A stretch of DNA of 64,000 bases from Aureliella sp. Its GTDB lineage: Bacteria > Planctomycetota > Planctomycetia > Pirellulales > Pirellulaceae. Shown here in pieces: positions 28,380-38,386 of the stretch (the first letter of the stretch is position 1; every line of letters begins with the position of its first letter). The stretch covers positions 1,696,001 through 1,760,000 of the forward strand of contig OY829846.1 in assembly GCA_963691875.1 (NCBI GenBank). Reading direction: 5' to 3'. Position numbers and translations under genes: made by a program. The notes below the pieces were generated by a model, which saw only the letters and a list, made by a program, of their open reading frames with translations, made no database searches and was not told where the DNA came from.

Positions 28380-30140
28380 ATGTCCAATCGCCTAATCGCA
28401 CTCCTTGGCTTTTTGGCCGTAATTGTCCTTTTCTACTTCTTGCCGAGTTGGACTCGCAAGAGCTCAAGTAATTCTGCTTCCGCCATCTCCCAACGAATAG
28501 AAGAGAAAGAGACGCAGACGGACGACCTGCGGAGTGCCATGCGTTATCTCGGAAGGATGACTCCGCAGAACCGCGACCTGACGATTAAGGAAGTTCGGCT
28601 CGCGCTTAACACTTGGCTTGAAAAAGCGGATGTTTCCGCCGCCAATTACGCGTCACCGAAAACTCTAACCGGTCTCGAGCCTGAGATGCTCGCCAGCGTC
28701 GGATGCTCGTCCAACATTGCACTGACTTTTGATTACTGGGATGTGGACTATCTCTTTCAGTGTCGTCTGATGAGCAAAATCTCCGATTGGGTAGTCGACG
28801 AACCACTGGGCGATTCCTTGATTCGTCCCATCCTGGCCAAGTATCAACGAGAGCTCGAGGAGCAAGAGTACTTGAAACTTGAAGAAGCCTACAAACTTTT
28901 TGACTGGGCGATGCGAAATGTCGGACTCGATCCCGAAATGTCCTCAGTTGAAACCAAGTCGCCGAACCCGGCTGGAAAAGTCATTGAACTCGGGCCCGGA
29001 TACAGCTATTTGCCATGGGAGTCCCTTCTATTTTGCACCGGAGATTTCATCGAGAAAGGGCGAGTATTCACGGCTCTCGCGGCGCAGCGCGAAATCAACA
29101 CAGGCTGGGTTGTCGACGCTGGTAAGATCTGGGCTATTGGCGTATTGATTGGAGGAGAGATTTATTTGTTCGAACCCAAACTCGCCTTGCCGATTCTGGA
29201 GCCTGACGAACTGCGTTTCGCAACGCTCGAGGAAGCGAAGAAGAATCCGCGTATTCTGCGGCGTCTCGATCTGCCTGGCCGATTTGATTACGCCTTCAAC
29301 CCTGGCGACTTGAACTTCTTGGAGCTGTTTGTCGATCAACCACCCGTCGCCGCGAGTGCAAGGATGAAACTTCTTGAGCAGAACTTGCTTGGCGAAGAAA
29401 GAATGAAGGTCTACCAGGATATAGACGCACTCGTAAAAAATTTCCAAACAGCCGCTCCGAAGGCCACGGTGAAAGTCTGGGACTTACCCCTTAAGGCGCA
29501 GTTTCATGCTTTACAGATTCGCGACAAACTGCGAATCACATCGGATTTCACACAGCAGTATCGCATGGTAAACGGCAACTGGATGTGGGACTCTTTTGCG
29601 GCTCAAGGAAGAATGCGCCATTTGTCTGGGAAATTCAAGAAGTCGTCCGACGGCAAGCAGGGCGCTTTCGCGCTGTACATGAAGTGTCGATTGGACGCTG
29701 AGACTCTGAAGAAACTGGAGTGGGACCCGGATATGCAAAAGGCATTTGGCATGGAGAAGCAGCCTGACGAGTCCAAAGAGAACCATAAGGGTCGCCTCAT
29801 GTCGCATTTGTTCGACCTGCGGCGCGCCAAAGTGGATGCAACGATGCTGGCCGCTCAGCTGCATTTCGACCGCGGGAATTATCTCGAGTCGATCAACTGG
29901 TTCCAGCAGCTCTTGAACAACGACAAGCCTCAAGAACAGCTTTTCGCAAAGCGTTGGGAGAATATCTCGCGTTACGGAATCGCTCGCTCCTACCAAGAGC
30001 TTGGAGACGAAGCAAAGTTCAACGAGTATCTGACTTACAGCTCACCGGCCGGGCAGGCCGCCAATCCTCATGAAGCTGGTAATCGTTTGCGTCTGCGTTA
30101 CTTGAAAGATCTTAACGCCCAAAAGGCTGGAGCGGAGTGA
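28380..30140 (+). CDS. Membrane-anchored hypothetical protein; transglutaminase-like core and C-terminal TPR
   Basis: N-terminal TM; LFDWAMRNV...PWESLLFCTGD...VFTALAAQREI; C-terminal AAQLHFDRGNY and RYGIARSY helices. Confidence 0.7.
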   Translation: MSNRLIALLGFLAVIVLFYFLPSWTRKSSSNSASAISQRIEEKETQTDDLRSAMRYLGRMTPQNRDLTIKEVRLALNTWLEKADVSAANYASPKTLTGLEPEMLASVGCSSNIALTFDYWDVDYLFQCRLMSKISDWVVDEPLGDSLIRPILAKYQRELEEQEYLKLEEAYKLFDWAMRNVGLDPEMSSVETKSPNPAGKVIELGPGYSYLPWESLLFCTGDFIEKGRVFTALAAQREINTGWVVDAGKIWAIGVLIGGEIYLFEPKLALPILEPDELRFATLEEAKKNPRILRRLDLPGRFDYAFNPGDLNFLELFVDQPPVAASARMKLLEQNLLGEERMKVYQDIDALVKNFQTAAPKATVKVWDLPLKAQFHALQIRDKLRITSDFTQQYRMVNGNWMWDSFAAQGRMRHLSGKFKKSSDGKQGAFALYMKCRLDAETLKKLEWDPDMQKAFGMEKQPDESKENHKGRLMSHLFDLRRAKVDATMLAAQLHFDRGNYLESINWFQQLLNNDKPQEQLFAKRWENISRYGIARSYQELGDEAKFNEYLTYSSPAGQAANPHEAGNRLRLRYLKDLNAQKAGAE

Positions 30141-30281
30141 ACGCAGATCCCGCAGCGGTAGTCGTCACGATCTTCGATATCCGGCCGTGTTGAGCCCGTG
30201 CATGCAACACCGGAAACCGGTTGCAATGCCGTAACAGAGCTGCGATCGTTAACGGCCTAATTCACTGCCCTACGGCTGCAT

Positions 30282-32051
30282 CTATAGCTCGAAGTGCTCG
30301 TCGACTTGCTTGTATAAGGGCGAGTAGCGGTAGTAGACTTCGAGCGTCATGGCGCACATTGCGGTACTGTAGAGTCTGCCGCCTTCTTTTCCGTAAGCAT
30401 TGTCGAAGTACCAGCTTCCTTTGGAATGCCCTGAAGTTGACTGAGTCCTCAATAGGAATTCTTTCTGGCGTTCATTCCAATTGTCCCACAAATGGCCACC
30501 GACATGGAAAAGGAAAAGTGTAACATAGTAATTGTGATACACATCGTTGTTCGATGGTCCGCTCTGGTGGAAGAAGGCAACTCCATCCAGGATCCTTGGA
30601 TCTGTGTGCGTCATGCCGCGGAACAGTCTGATCAAGAGACCAATCGCGGTACAGGTTGGACTTTTACCAGGCTTGGTGTAGCCGAAAAAGGTTCCGCCCT
30701 CCATTTGCTGGGTATCCAGGAAGGAGTCAATTTTAAGAATCGTTCCAGCGGGAATTTCAAGTTTCGCGGAGTAGGCACTCTTAAGCGCCATGATCTGCCA
30801 CCCACTGAGCGTGAGGTCACCTGGCTTCTTAGGTAAATATCCCCAGCCGCCAGCGTAGTTTTGAGCGTTGACGATAAAGTCGACAGACTGCTGAGCAGCC
30901 TTCTTCAAATCGGGATCGCCAGTCAGTTGATACGCTTCGCAGAGCGCAAAGGCTGCGATGCCATGGTTGTACATCCCTCGTTCACATTGGTAGAGGAAGC
31001 TACCACCTTGCGGCGTAATTTCGATGACTTGCATCAAGAAGTAAACGCCGCGTCGCACGGTTTCACGATACTCGCCATCGCGATGGGTATAGCCCGCGCC
31101 CAGAAACGCGAGCAAGGCTAATCCGGTTGCGGCCGTATCAAAACGATCCTTACAGCCTTCATTCGGGCAGTCATTGCCGCAGTCTTTTGTATTGTGCAAT
31201 AACGACCAGGAGCCGTTGGGACGTTGATGGTTCGCTAGCCACCGCAATGCTTCTTCTACCGCTTTCTCAGTTTCCAGAGTACCGCCGTTTGCCACAGCAA
31301 TTTGCTGACGTTTCCTGAGATCACGTCCCTTCACGCCCGTCGCCGAGAAGCTCGCATGGGTGGTAAGCTGAGTTGCAGCGATCAAGGTCTGCAACTCACT
31401 TTTATGCACCTGTGTATTTACCTTCATCTGTTGCTTCATCGCCAGCAGGTCGCTCAGCAAGGTAGGAGACTGATTCGAAGGTTGCGGTGGCGAAACAAGC
31501 GGCATTACCTCTGGGCTCGGAGGAGCTAAGTCGTCATTGGCCGCTGCAATTTCAACGGTTTGAACCTTCGCTTCATCCGGCGTCGCGCTTCGCATTGAAA
31601 AATCTGCTCTTCTTACTGTCCCGCTCGTTTGATGCATCGTGACAAGAACAAGCGCTAGCATCAGCGCAACATGAAAAATCAGACTCACCAAGAAAGCTGG
31701 AGTCTTGGATCTTTCGTGCTTTGGCAACAGATTGGTCAGTGACAGCCAGAGTCGCTTTACCAGCCTGGGTTTTGCGGCCAAGTCTTCTTGAGTTTCCGAT
31801 TCCTGAGGTTGCCCCGTACTTTCCAGCTCGCTCGTGGGCATATTGCGAACAGGATCGGCTGCTGGTTCGGGCAGCATGGCCGGAGGAGGCGCATGGGAGG
31901 AATTGGTAGCGCCTGCCGATTGGGGCTGCGGAATCTCGGGAGGGGCGGTAGGCAGCGAGTCGAGGGCTTCGCGCGTATCCGGCGCATCCGATCGACCAAC
32001 TGGCTCGTTGTTGCCAAGAGGCAGTGGAGGTGGAGGAGGCGAAGCAGACAT
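30282..32051 (-). CDS. Prenyltransferase/squalene-cyclase-repeat (alpha/alpha barrel) membrane protein
   Basis: Pro-rich N-terminus, TM (FLVSLIFHVALML), QW-type repeats QRPNGSW, QNYAGGWGY, KGSW; ATGLALLAFLGAG; LEVYYRY. Confidence 0.85.
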   Translation of the reverse strand: MSASPPPPPLPLGNNEPVGRSDAPDTREALDSLPTAPPEIPQPQSAGATNSSHAPPPAMLPEPAADPVRNMPTSELESTGQPQESETQEDLAAKPRLVKRLWLSLTNLLPKHERSKTPAFLVSLIFHVALMLALVLVTMHQTSGTVRRADFSMRSATPDEAKVQTVEIAAANDDLAPPSPEVMPLVSPPQPSNQSPTLLSDLLAMKQQMKVNTQVHKSELQTLIAATQLTTHASFSATGVKGRDLRKRQQIAVANGGTLETEKAVEEALRWLANHQRPNGSWSLLHNTKDCGNDCPNEGCKDRFDTAATGLALLAFLGAGYTHRDGEYRETVRRGVYFLMQVIEITPQGGSFLYQCERGMYNHGIAAFALCEAYQLTGDPDLKKAAQQSVDFIVNAQNYAGGWGYLPKKPGDLTLSGWQIMALKSAYSAKLEIPAGTILKIDSFLDTQQMEGGTFFGYTKPGKSPTCTAIGLLIRLFRGMTHTDPRILDGVAFFHQSGPSNNDVYHNYYVTLFLFHVGGHLWDNWNERQKEFLLRTQSTSGHSKGSWYFDNAYGKEGGRLYSTAMCAMTLEVYYRYSPLYKQVDEHFEL

Positions 32052-32578
32052 TTGAAAGCCAAGTTGAGCAAAGCAGGAGCTTTAGGGGAACTGCCTAATC
32101 TATCTATTTTAGCTTCGTAATACGGGCTGGAAGTCCGTTTTCTCACCTGATCCGGCTCTTCTGGGTCGCTCGTCGGCCCGCGGATCTGTGAATCGCCCTC
32201 GAGGACCTGTGGTGGATTGAGCCGATCCCTATAGGTTTCGCTGTCGCCCCGATTCTTCGCCAGCCTAAGTCTCTGTCCTATATAGACTTGCGCAGCAAGT
32301 AGCGATCCTTGCGAAGTGATCGCTCGAAGGACTCTCGAAACGGACGCAACGCAGGAGCTCGTCTTTCATGGCAACTCTGAGGCCGTGATCCGGAACAAAA
32401 TTTACGGCTTAAGCGTTTTCTCGCGATCGTATCGAATTTGGCCTTTGGACAAGCCCTTATAGCTGTTATTCCTAATGGCGGATTTTCCAGCTCTAGCTCT
32501 CTTCCAGTCCTTTGAAGGGAGCTTCCAGCCCCAAAACACGAATTCTGCCTCACCGTCTCGATTGAATAGATTCAAACC

Positions 32579-34033
32579 ATGTTGCTGACCAGCATCATCA
32601 TTCTCTTTGTTGTGGGCTACATCATCATCGCTTTGGAGCATCCGCTCCACATCGACAAGGCAGCAACAGCCCTCTTTATTGGTGCAGGATGTTGGGCTTT
32701 ATACTCGCTTGGCTTAGACACTCTATTGCCAATTGAAAAAGTGCCCGAGTCATTTCAGCAAGCGATGGTAGAGGATGGACACGCTCACTCGAGTGCTCAT
32801 GAGCTGGTTCAGCACTACGCCATACATGGGCAGTTTGTCGAGCTGATCGCGGAGATCGCTTTCATCCTGTTCTTCCTGATGGGTGCGATGACAATCGTTG
32901 AACTCGTCGATGCATACGAAGGGTTTTCTTACATCACCGACCGCATCAAGTCTCGGAAAAAATCGACTCTGCTGTGGACCGTTTGCGTATTGACCTTTTT
33001 CCTTTCCGCTGTGCTCGACAACCTGACCACAACCATTGTGATGGTCTCGCTAATGAAAAAGCTCATTAGCGACAAAGAGACGCGACTGTTCTTCTGCGGC
33101 ATGATTGTTGTTTCTGCCAATGCCGGAGGCGCTTGGACGGTCATTGGCGACGTCACAACAACAATGCTTTGGATCGGAGATAAGATCTCAACGATTGAGG
33201 TCATGAAAGCGTTGATTGTGCCAAGCCTATTCTGCATGATCGTGCCTTTGATTGTGGCCGGGATGATGCTGAAAGGTGAGGTCGATCGCCCGGAAAACAC
33301 CAACGAAGGCGCTCACAAGTCGCTTCAGAAGTGGCATAGCAATTTGTTTTTGGCACTTGGATTCGCGGGGCTGATTTTCGTCCCCATCTTCAAATCGGTG
33401 ACGCACTTACCGCCGTTCGTCGGCATGATGTTTAGCCTGAGTATTATCTGGATCGTGTCCGAGTTCGTGAAAAAGGATTTGGACGAAGCGACTGCCTCGA
33501 GCACCAATGTGGTCGCAGTCCTCAAGAAGATTGACTCCGCAAGCATCCTTTTCTTCCTCGGAATTCTCCTTGCTGTCGGTTCGCTGGATGCAACTGGTGT
33601 GTTGCTGCAGCTGGCGGGATGGCTGGAAGAGACAATTCCTAACATGCAAATTGTAGCTCTGATCATCGGTTTGCTGTCGGCCATTGTCGACAACGTTCCC
33701 TTGGTCGCGGCGGGGATCAAAATGTATGAGTTCCCGACCGATCACTCCTTCTGGCTCTTCCTGGCCTACTGTGCTGGGACTGGTGGAAGCTGCTTGATTA
33801 TTGGCTCTGCGGCTGGTGTCGCAGCAATGGGACTCGAGAAGATCGACTTCATCTGGTACATCCGCCGAGTTTCATTCTTTGCTCTGATTGGCTATCTCGG
33901 TGGTGCGGGAGTTTTTGTGCTGCAGGAGAAATTCGTCCTTCCGCACGAAAGTGGTCCGCCTGCTGCGGTGTCGGGCGAGCATGCGGGTGAAAATCACACG
34001 GGCTCTGAAACAGCCGCTGCGGCGGGTCACTAG
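32579..34033 (+). CDS. nhaD: Na+/H+ antiporter, NhaD family
   Basis: IDKAATAL, FLMGAMTIVE, SAVLDNLTT, NAGGAWTVIGDVTT, SAIVDNVPLVA, AGTGGSCLIIGSAAGV. Confidence 0.94.
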   Translation: MLLTSIIILFVVGYIIIALEHPLHIDKAATALFIGAGCWALYSLGLDTLLPIEKVPESFQQAMVEDGHAHSSAHELVQHYAIHGQFVELIAEIAFILFFLMGAMTIVELVDAYEGFSYITDRIKSRKKSTLLWTVCVLTFFLSAVLDNLTTTIVMVSLMKKLISDKETRLFFCGMIVVSANAGGAWTVIGDVTTTMLWIGDKISTIEVMKALIVPSLFCMIVPLIVAGMMLKGEVDRPENTNEGAHKSLQKWHSNLFLALGFAGLIFVPIFKSVTHLPPFVGMMFSLSIIWIVSEFVKKDLDEATASSTNVVAVLKKIDSASILFFLGILLAVGSLDATGVLLQLAGWLEETIPNMQIVALIIGLLSAIVDNVPLVAAGIKMYEFPTDHSFWLFLAYCAGTGGSCLIIGSAAGVAAMGLEKIDFIWYIRRVSFFALIGYLGGAGVFVLQEKFVLPHESGPPAAVSGEHAGENHTGSETAAAAGH

Positions 34034-34346
34034 GGGGCTGGCGGATCCAGAGCGCAGGAATTGCTCGGGATGCGGGGAGGAATTCAGGCGAAGCCCGTTA
34101 CAGAGAGAGGCGAAGTAGTGGGTGAATCCCGCTACGGTCGAATTGTCCGACAAAATGGGAGCGACTCCTCAGAAAGGCTTGCCGAATCGGCCCTACGATC
34201 GAACTTTCCGTAGCAAATTGCCAGACTAGGGGATAAACTTAGTGATCCTAACTGGACCGCGCTCCAAACCTCTGTTCAGCGCGAGGCAAATTCACACTGA
34301 ATTTCTTTCAGTGACTGGTAACAACTTTCAACGGATCTGTACTTCG

Positions 34347-35396
34347 ATGAAGACTTCCATCCCAGCCTTTGCTTTGGCCGGAATCGTGATGATTGCCTCA
34401 GTTGGCTGTGAGCCACCGAAAGAGCTTCCTCGCTTGAAAAAGCCTAACGGACCACGTCAGGTCGTCTTGATGGAAGATCGATCCTTAGGCGGAGGAACGA
34501 CTTGGAGTTCAGGGATCACATTCGGTTCCGGCATGACGTTCGGCTCGGGTGTGACCTTTGGTTCCGGCATTACGATGGGTTCAGGCATCACGTACGGCTC
34601 AGGAATCACCCTGGGCTCGGGTGTGACTTACGGTTCTGGGATTCGTCTTGGCAGTGGGGTCACTGAAGGTGGCGGAATCACTCTCGGTTCGGGTACCACA
34701 CAAGGCGGTGGCATTCGCCTTGGCTCTGGCACCACCTATGGCTCCGGAATTCGTTTGGGCTCCGGTGTGACGGGTGGACGCGGCATCACCCTCAGTCAGG
34801 AGAAGGTGGTTGTAGCACCCAAGCCGGCAAGGAAACCGCAGACGAATATTCTGGTAATTCCGGAAACCGGAAGCGGCCGCTCCGGTGCACTGTTTGACAT
34901 GCTTCAACAGAGACGCCAAGCAATGAACAAGGACAAGGTATCCCTTGACCAAGTGGATTATGACGGATTGCAAAGGGTACTTGGTGAACAAAAAGGCAAA
35001 GTCGTTGTTCTAGACATGTGGAGCACAGCTTGCCTGCCATGCATGCGAGAGTTTCCGAATTTGGTTGCTTTGAGCAAGACAAATACTGCTGACCTCGCTT
35101 GCATCTCGCTGAACATTGATTACACCGGAGCGAAGACCAAGTCGCCTCAGTACTACGCTCCGAAGGTAAGGGATTTCTTGGAACGAGAGCGAGCTTCCAC
35201 AACGATCAACTTGCAGTCTACTGTGCCTGATGAGGATATGTCTGCGAAGTTCGAAGTGTATTCGATTCCTGCGATTCTGATTTTTGATCGCGAAGGCAAG
35301 CTCGTACACAATCTTGGCGAACACAATGCTGTGAAAGATGGGCTAAGCTACGAACGCGATGTGCTTCCCAAACTGAAAGTATTACTTCAGAAATAA
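34347..35396 (+). CDS. TlpA/ResA-like thioredoxin lipoprotein with N-terminal GSG hexapeptide repeats
   Basis: Lipobox IASVG-C; KGKVVVLDMWSTACLPCMREFP; cis-Pro motif SIPA; 17 hexapeptide repeats before the Trx domain. Confidence 0.85.
   Translation: MKTSIPAFALAGIVMIASVGCEPPKELPRLKKPNGPRQVVLMEDRSLGGGTTWSSGITFGSGMTFGSGVTFGSGITMGSGITYGSGITLGSGVTYGSGIRLGSGVTEGGGITLGSGTTQGGGIRLGSGTTYGSGIRLGSGVTGGRGITLSQEKVVVAPKPARKPQTNILVIPETGSGRSGALFDMLQQRRQAMNKDKVSLDQVDYDGLQRVLGEQKGKVVVLDMWSTACLPCMREFPNLVALSKTNTADLACISLNIDYTGAKTKSPQYYAPKVRDFLERERASTTINLQSTVPDEDMSAKFEVYSIPAILIFDREGKLVHNLGEHNAVKDGLSYERDVLPKLKVLLQK
34488..34793 (+). repeat. 17 x 18-bp coding repeat, consensus G-S-G-[IVMT]-T-[LYF]
   Basis: GGGTTW SSGITF GSGMTF GSGVTF GSGITM GSGITY GSGITL GSGVTY GSGIRL GSGVTE GGGITL GSGTTQ GGGIRL GSGTTY GSGIRL GSGVTG GRGITL; codons are diverged. 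Confidence 0.95.
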
Positions 35397-35765
35397 CATT
35401 TCGCTGTCCCGAGATCAGCTCAAACGCTAGGCTAACGAATTCACCATCTCAAGAATTCATAAGTAAGTCTTTTGAAGAATCCGGACGTTGATCCAGCGCA
35501 GTTGAAACTTGTCGCCGCGCGATTCGCCGCTTCGCGCGACAATCCATAGTGATTCGTTCGCTCCGTACTGGGCCAGGCACTCCTCTACTCCTTCTCGTCG
35601 GAGCCATTGGCACAGCCATCTTGACCTTGTTGGTGGTTGTCAGCAGCCGGGTGCGGACTTCGCATTGGCCGATCGGAATCGCATCGTTGCTTTTCGGTGC
35701 TTTCCTTCGCAACGTTGGACTTGCTTGTCGCGTGAAGAACATTTGGGCAGCTCAATCGCACTTCA

Positions 35766-35796
35766 TTGACTAGGGAAAAGTCTTGACTAGGGAAAA
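35766..35796 (+). repeat. 14-bp direct repeat
   Basis: TTGACTAGGGAAAA at 35766 and 35783 (17-bp period). Confidence 0.8.
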
Positions 35797-35824
35797 CTCG
35801 ACCAATTTGAGTAGGCTGCTCGTG

Positions 35825-37915
35825 CTATGGCGCAAGCTCTTCCTTTATCTTCATAATGACAGGTCGGCGTTCTTCGGGAGTCATGTAATACCAGTAACCG
35901 AACTCGACATCGAGCTTCCTACCGATGAGCCGCTCGATGGCAGTCTGGGTGAACTGGCGGTTGAGCAGATACTCGTCGTCAAGACCTTGCACCAAATGCT
36001 TGAGTCCCCATTTCGCCCCTTGCCTGGCGAATGCTTCGGTAGCGACCAGTCGCGTCGCTTCGTGTTCTTGCTTCAGCCAGCCAATCCCCACGGCTTGACT
36101 TCGATCTGCATAGTTGGCATCAAGTTCTCTTTGGTCGACGGAGCGGCCGTACCATTGCTGTAGGTAGCTGAGCGTCCAGTCGATGGATTTCTCAAGGTGA
36201 CATAAGTTGCAGGCGTTTGGCTGATTTTGCTCCAACATATCCGTTTGTGTTGGGGAGAAAATAGTGTGCGTCCGAACCACATCCTGCATACCCTCGTTAA
36301 TGTGCGGCATGTGGCAGTTCATGCAGCGGTCGCCGCTCGAGCCGGCAGGGTGCCGCGTGTGTGTTAGCCGAGTCGGGGCATCGTTATACTTCTCATGACA
36401 CCGAATGCACGACGCATCATCCTGCGACGGAGTCTTCACCCATTTCTTGCCGATGCTTTTATGAGGATCGTGACAGTCGATACACGACATCTCGGAATAG
36501 CATGCCCCGTGAATTGCATCGCTGAACTCGGTCGAATTCCAAGTCGATATACCGGACGCATACTTAGGCCGATTTCCAGCGTGACAGCGAGCACACGCCG
36601 AGTTGATGTTGATTGCGTTTCGTCCAGTGTCGATCCCACGCGGATCGTCGTATCCATAGAGGTGCGGGCTCTGTGGCGAAAATGCAGGAGCTGCCTCTTT
36701 GTCTGCCGCATGCTCCTTGCAACCAAGATGACAGGCTTCGCAGCTGACTCCTAAGGTGGCGGCTTTGTCACGAGCGTCGAAGCCCATGAATGTACCTGTC
36801 ATTGCTGTGAGATCTTCGTTCGGAAACAACTGCGGCGCTTGCTTGCCGTCCCAAATTCCAGGATGCTGCTCAGCGACGAACTGGCTCAAGTCAAACACCC
36901 GTGGCTCAGTCATCGATGGTCCGATTTGCTTGGGCATGCGCACAAACATGTCTGCCAGCGGAAATGTCGTGTGGCAGTAATTGCAGGCTTGACGATAGAC
37001 CAGCCCCATTTGCATCGAGTGATCCACGACACCTCGCGACGTACCTACTTGTTCCACACCGTCAGACTTGGCGACTGGCTTGACCGTCTCGATCGGCTCC
37101 CAACGCTCGCCCTCGGGCAGTTCCTCCGAAACGTGAACGATTGGTACCCAGGCCTTCCGCTCAATCCAGTAGCCAAATGGCAGAACATGGTCTTCTTTGT
37201 AAAAATCGTGGTCTTTCGGCTCGGTGCCTTCTAGTCCGACGCCAACGTAGTATTGGTAGAAACGCGATCCAATAGTTTGATGGATCTCGTAGAGCTTCTT
37301 CATATCTCTGCGTTCGTAGCGCATCATGTACTTTCCGTCTTGCCGATAGAAAGTGCCCAAGCCGCCAAGATATTCGATCTTCGATTTGCCTGAAAAATCT
37401 CCAAGGACAGACTCATTGTTGGCGACAGCGTTCATCCAACGGTGAGAACTCTGCGACCAGTCCGAGTGATTTTCTTGGTGACAATCCGTGCAAGCCTGAG
37501 GGCCAACATAGTCTGCTGGCGTCACATTGCTTTTTTGCGATACAGGTTGCACCTGAGCGCGTATCTCTGGCTTCATGGGATCCCAAACCATAGTGAGATT
37601 CCCAGCCTGAAAGTACCGGGTTTCGCGAGCCATCATATTCTCAGGATCATCGGCCGCAACCACCGGATTAGTGTTGGAAGACCGCGTTGCTTTGCGGGCT
37701 GCACGGCGTTCAGCTCGCCGCTTCTCCGCCTCGAAGTCGTCCAGCAGAAAGGGCAGCGAGGCCAGGGCCGCCAAGCCAATAATCAACATCGAAACACCGA
37801 TTCCCCAGGCAAGACGACTCGGCTTTGCTGAAGCAGCAGGGTCACGACTAGGGTTTGCATGCGCGCCTGTGGTATCGCGGCGTATCGGTTTCTGGGACCG
37901 CTTTCGATTGGACAT
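35825..37915 (-). CDS. Membrane-anchored octaheme cytochrome c with C-terminal HEAT-like repeats
   Basis: Eight CxxCH motifs: CTDCH, CNYCH, CEACH, CARCH, CIDCH, CIRCH, CMNCH, CNLCH; N-terminal TM; WSQSSH and VLGDF motifs. Confidence 0.92.
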   Translation of the reverse strand: MSNRKRSQKPIRRDTTGAHANPSRDPAASAKPSRLAWGIGVSMLIIGLAALASLPFLLDDFEAEKRRAERRAARKATRSSNTNPVVAADDPENMMARETRYFQAGNLTMVWDPMKPEIRAQVQPVSQKSNVTPADYVGPQACTDCHQENHSDWSQSSHRWMNAVANNESVLGDFSGKSKIEYLGGLGTFYRQDGKYMMRYERRDMKKLYEIHQTIGSRFYQYYVGVGLEGTEPKDHDFYKEDHVLPFGYWIERKAWVPIVHVSEELPEGERWEPIETVKPVAKSDGVEQVGTSRGVVDHSMQMGLVYRQACNYCHTTFPLADMFVRMPKQIGPSMTEPRVFDLSQFVAEQHPGIWDGKQAPQLFPNEDLTAMTGTFMGFDARDKAATLGVSCEACHLGCKEHAADKEAAPAFSPQSPHLYGYDDPRGIDTGRNAININSACARCHAGNRPKYASGISTWNSTEFSDAIHGACYSEMSCIDCHDPHKSIGKKWVKTPSQDDASCIRCHEKYNDAPTRLTHTRHPAGSSGDRCMNCHMPHINEGMQDVVRTHTIFSPTQTDMLEQNQPNACNLCHLEKSIDWTLSYLQQWYGRSVDQRELDANYADRSQAVGIGWLKQEHEATRLVATEAFARQGAKWGLKHLVQGLDDEYLLNRQFTQTAIERLIGRKLDVEFGYWYYMTPEERRPVIMKIKEELAP

Positions 37916-38306
37916 GTTGGATAGGTATGGAGGCGAGGGCGGGTTGAAACAGTCAACCTATCCTACCCGATTTCAATCACGGTTCGACCAAACGGCAAGT
38001 CGAAAATTTCGCTTGTGACCGAAACGCGCTGGCGTCCGCGATCGCAGACTTCTCAGATTTGTAATTGGCCTGAATCGTAACTCCGCCTAATTCCCTTTCT
38101 TTGCCTTACCAGAGTTGAAGGCCGCGCCGGCGCGAGAAGCGTATTGAATTCTTACCGTCGAAACTATGGATAGCTCCGGACGCATGGCGAGAGACTTCGG
38201 CTGCAAGTCAACATTTAGGTTCATGCACCGTGGCATGGTCGGTATTCGATCCGAAAAGAACTAGCAAACCTGCGCGGCGCGAATGGCTAGGCTCTGTTGA
38301 TTTATT

Positions 38307-38386
38307 GTGAGCGGCGTAACGTTATGCCGCCGGGGCCAGCTCATAATGAGTCTGGAAGAACCGACGGCTAGTGCCTTGTCGCGCAC
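38307..38386. repeat. Degenerate REP-like palindromic element
   Basis: Imperfect arms GTGAGCGGCGTAACGTTATGCCGCCGG and CCGACGGCTAGTGCCTTGTCGCGCAC enclosing an inner hairpin CCAGCTCAT-A-ATGAGTCTGG. Confidence 0.6.

Noticed and set aside
32052..32578. Na+/Li+ riboswitch upstream of nhaD
   Set aside because: No recognisable consensus by eye; an Infernal scan would be needed.
34488..34793. Classical LpxA-type hexapeptide acyltransferase, or InaZ ice-nucleation gene
   Set aside because: The consensus lacks the acyltransferase context and is not the AGYGSTxT octapeptide; only an analogy is claimed.
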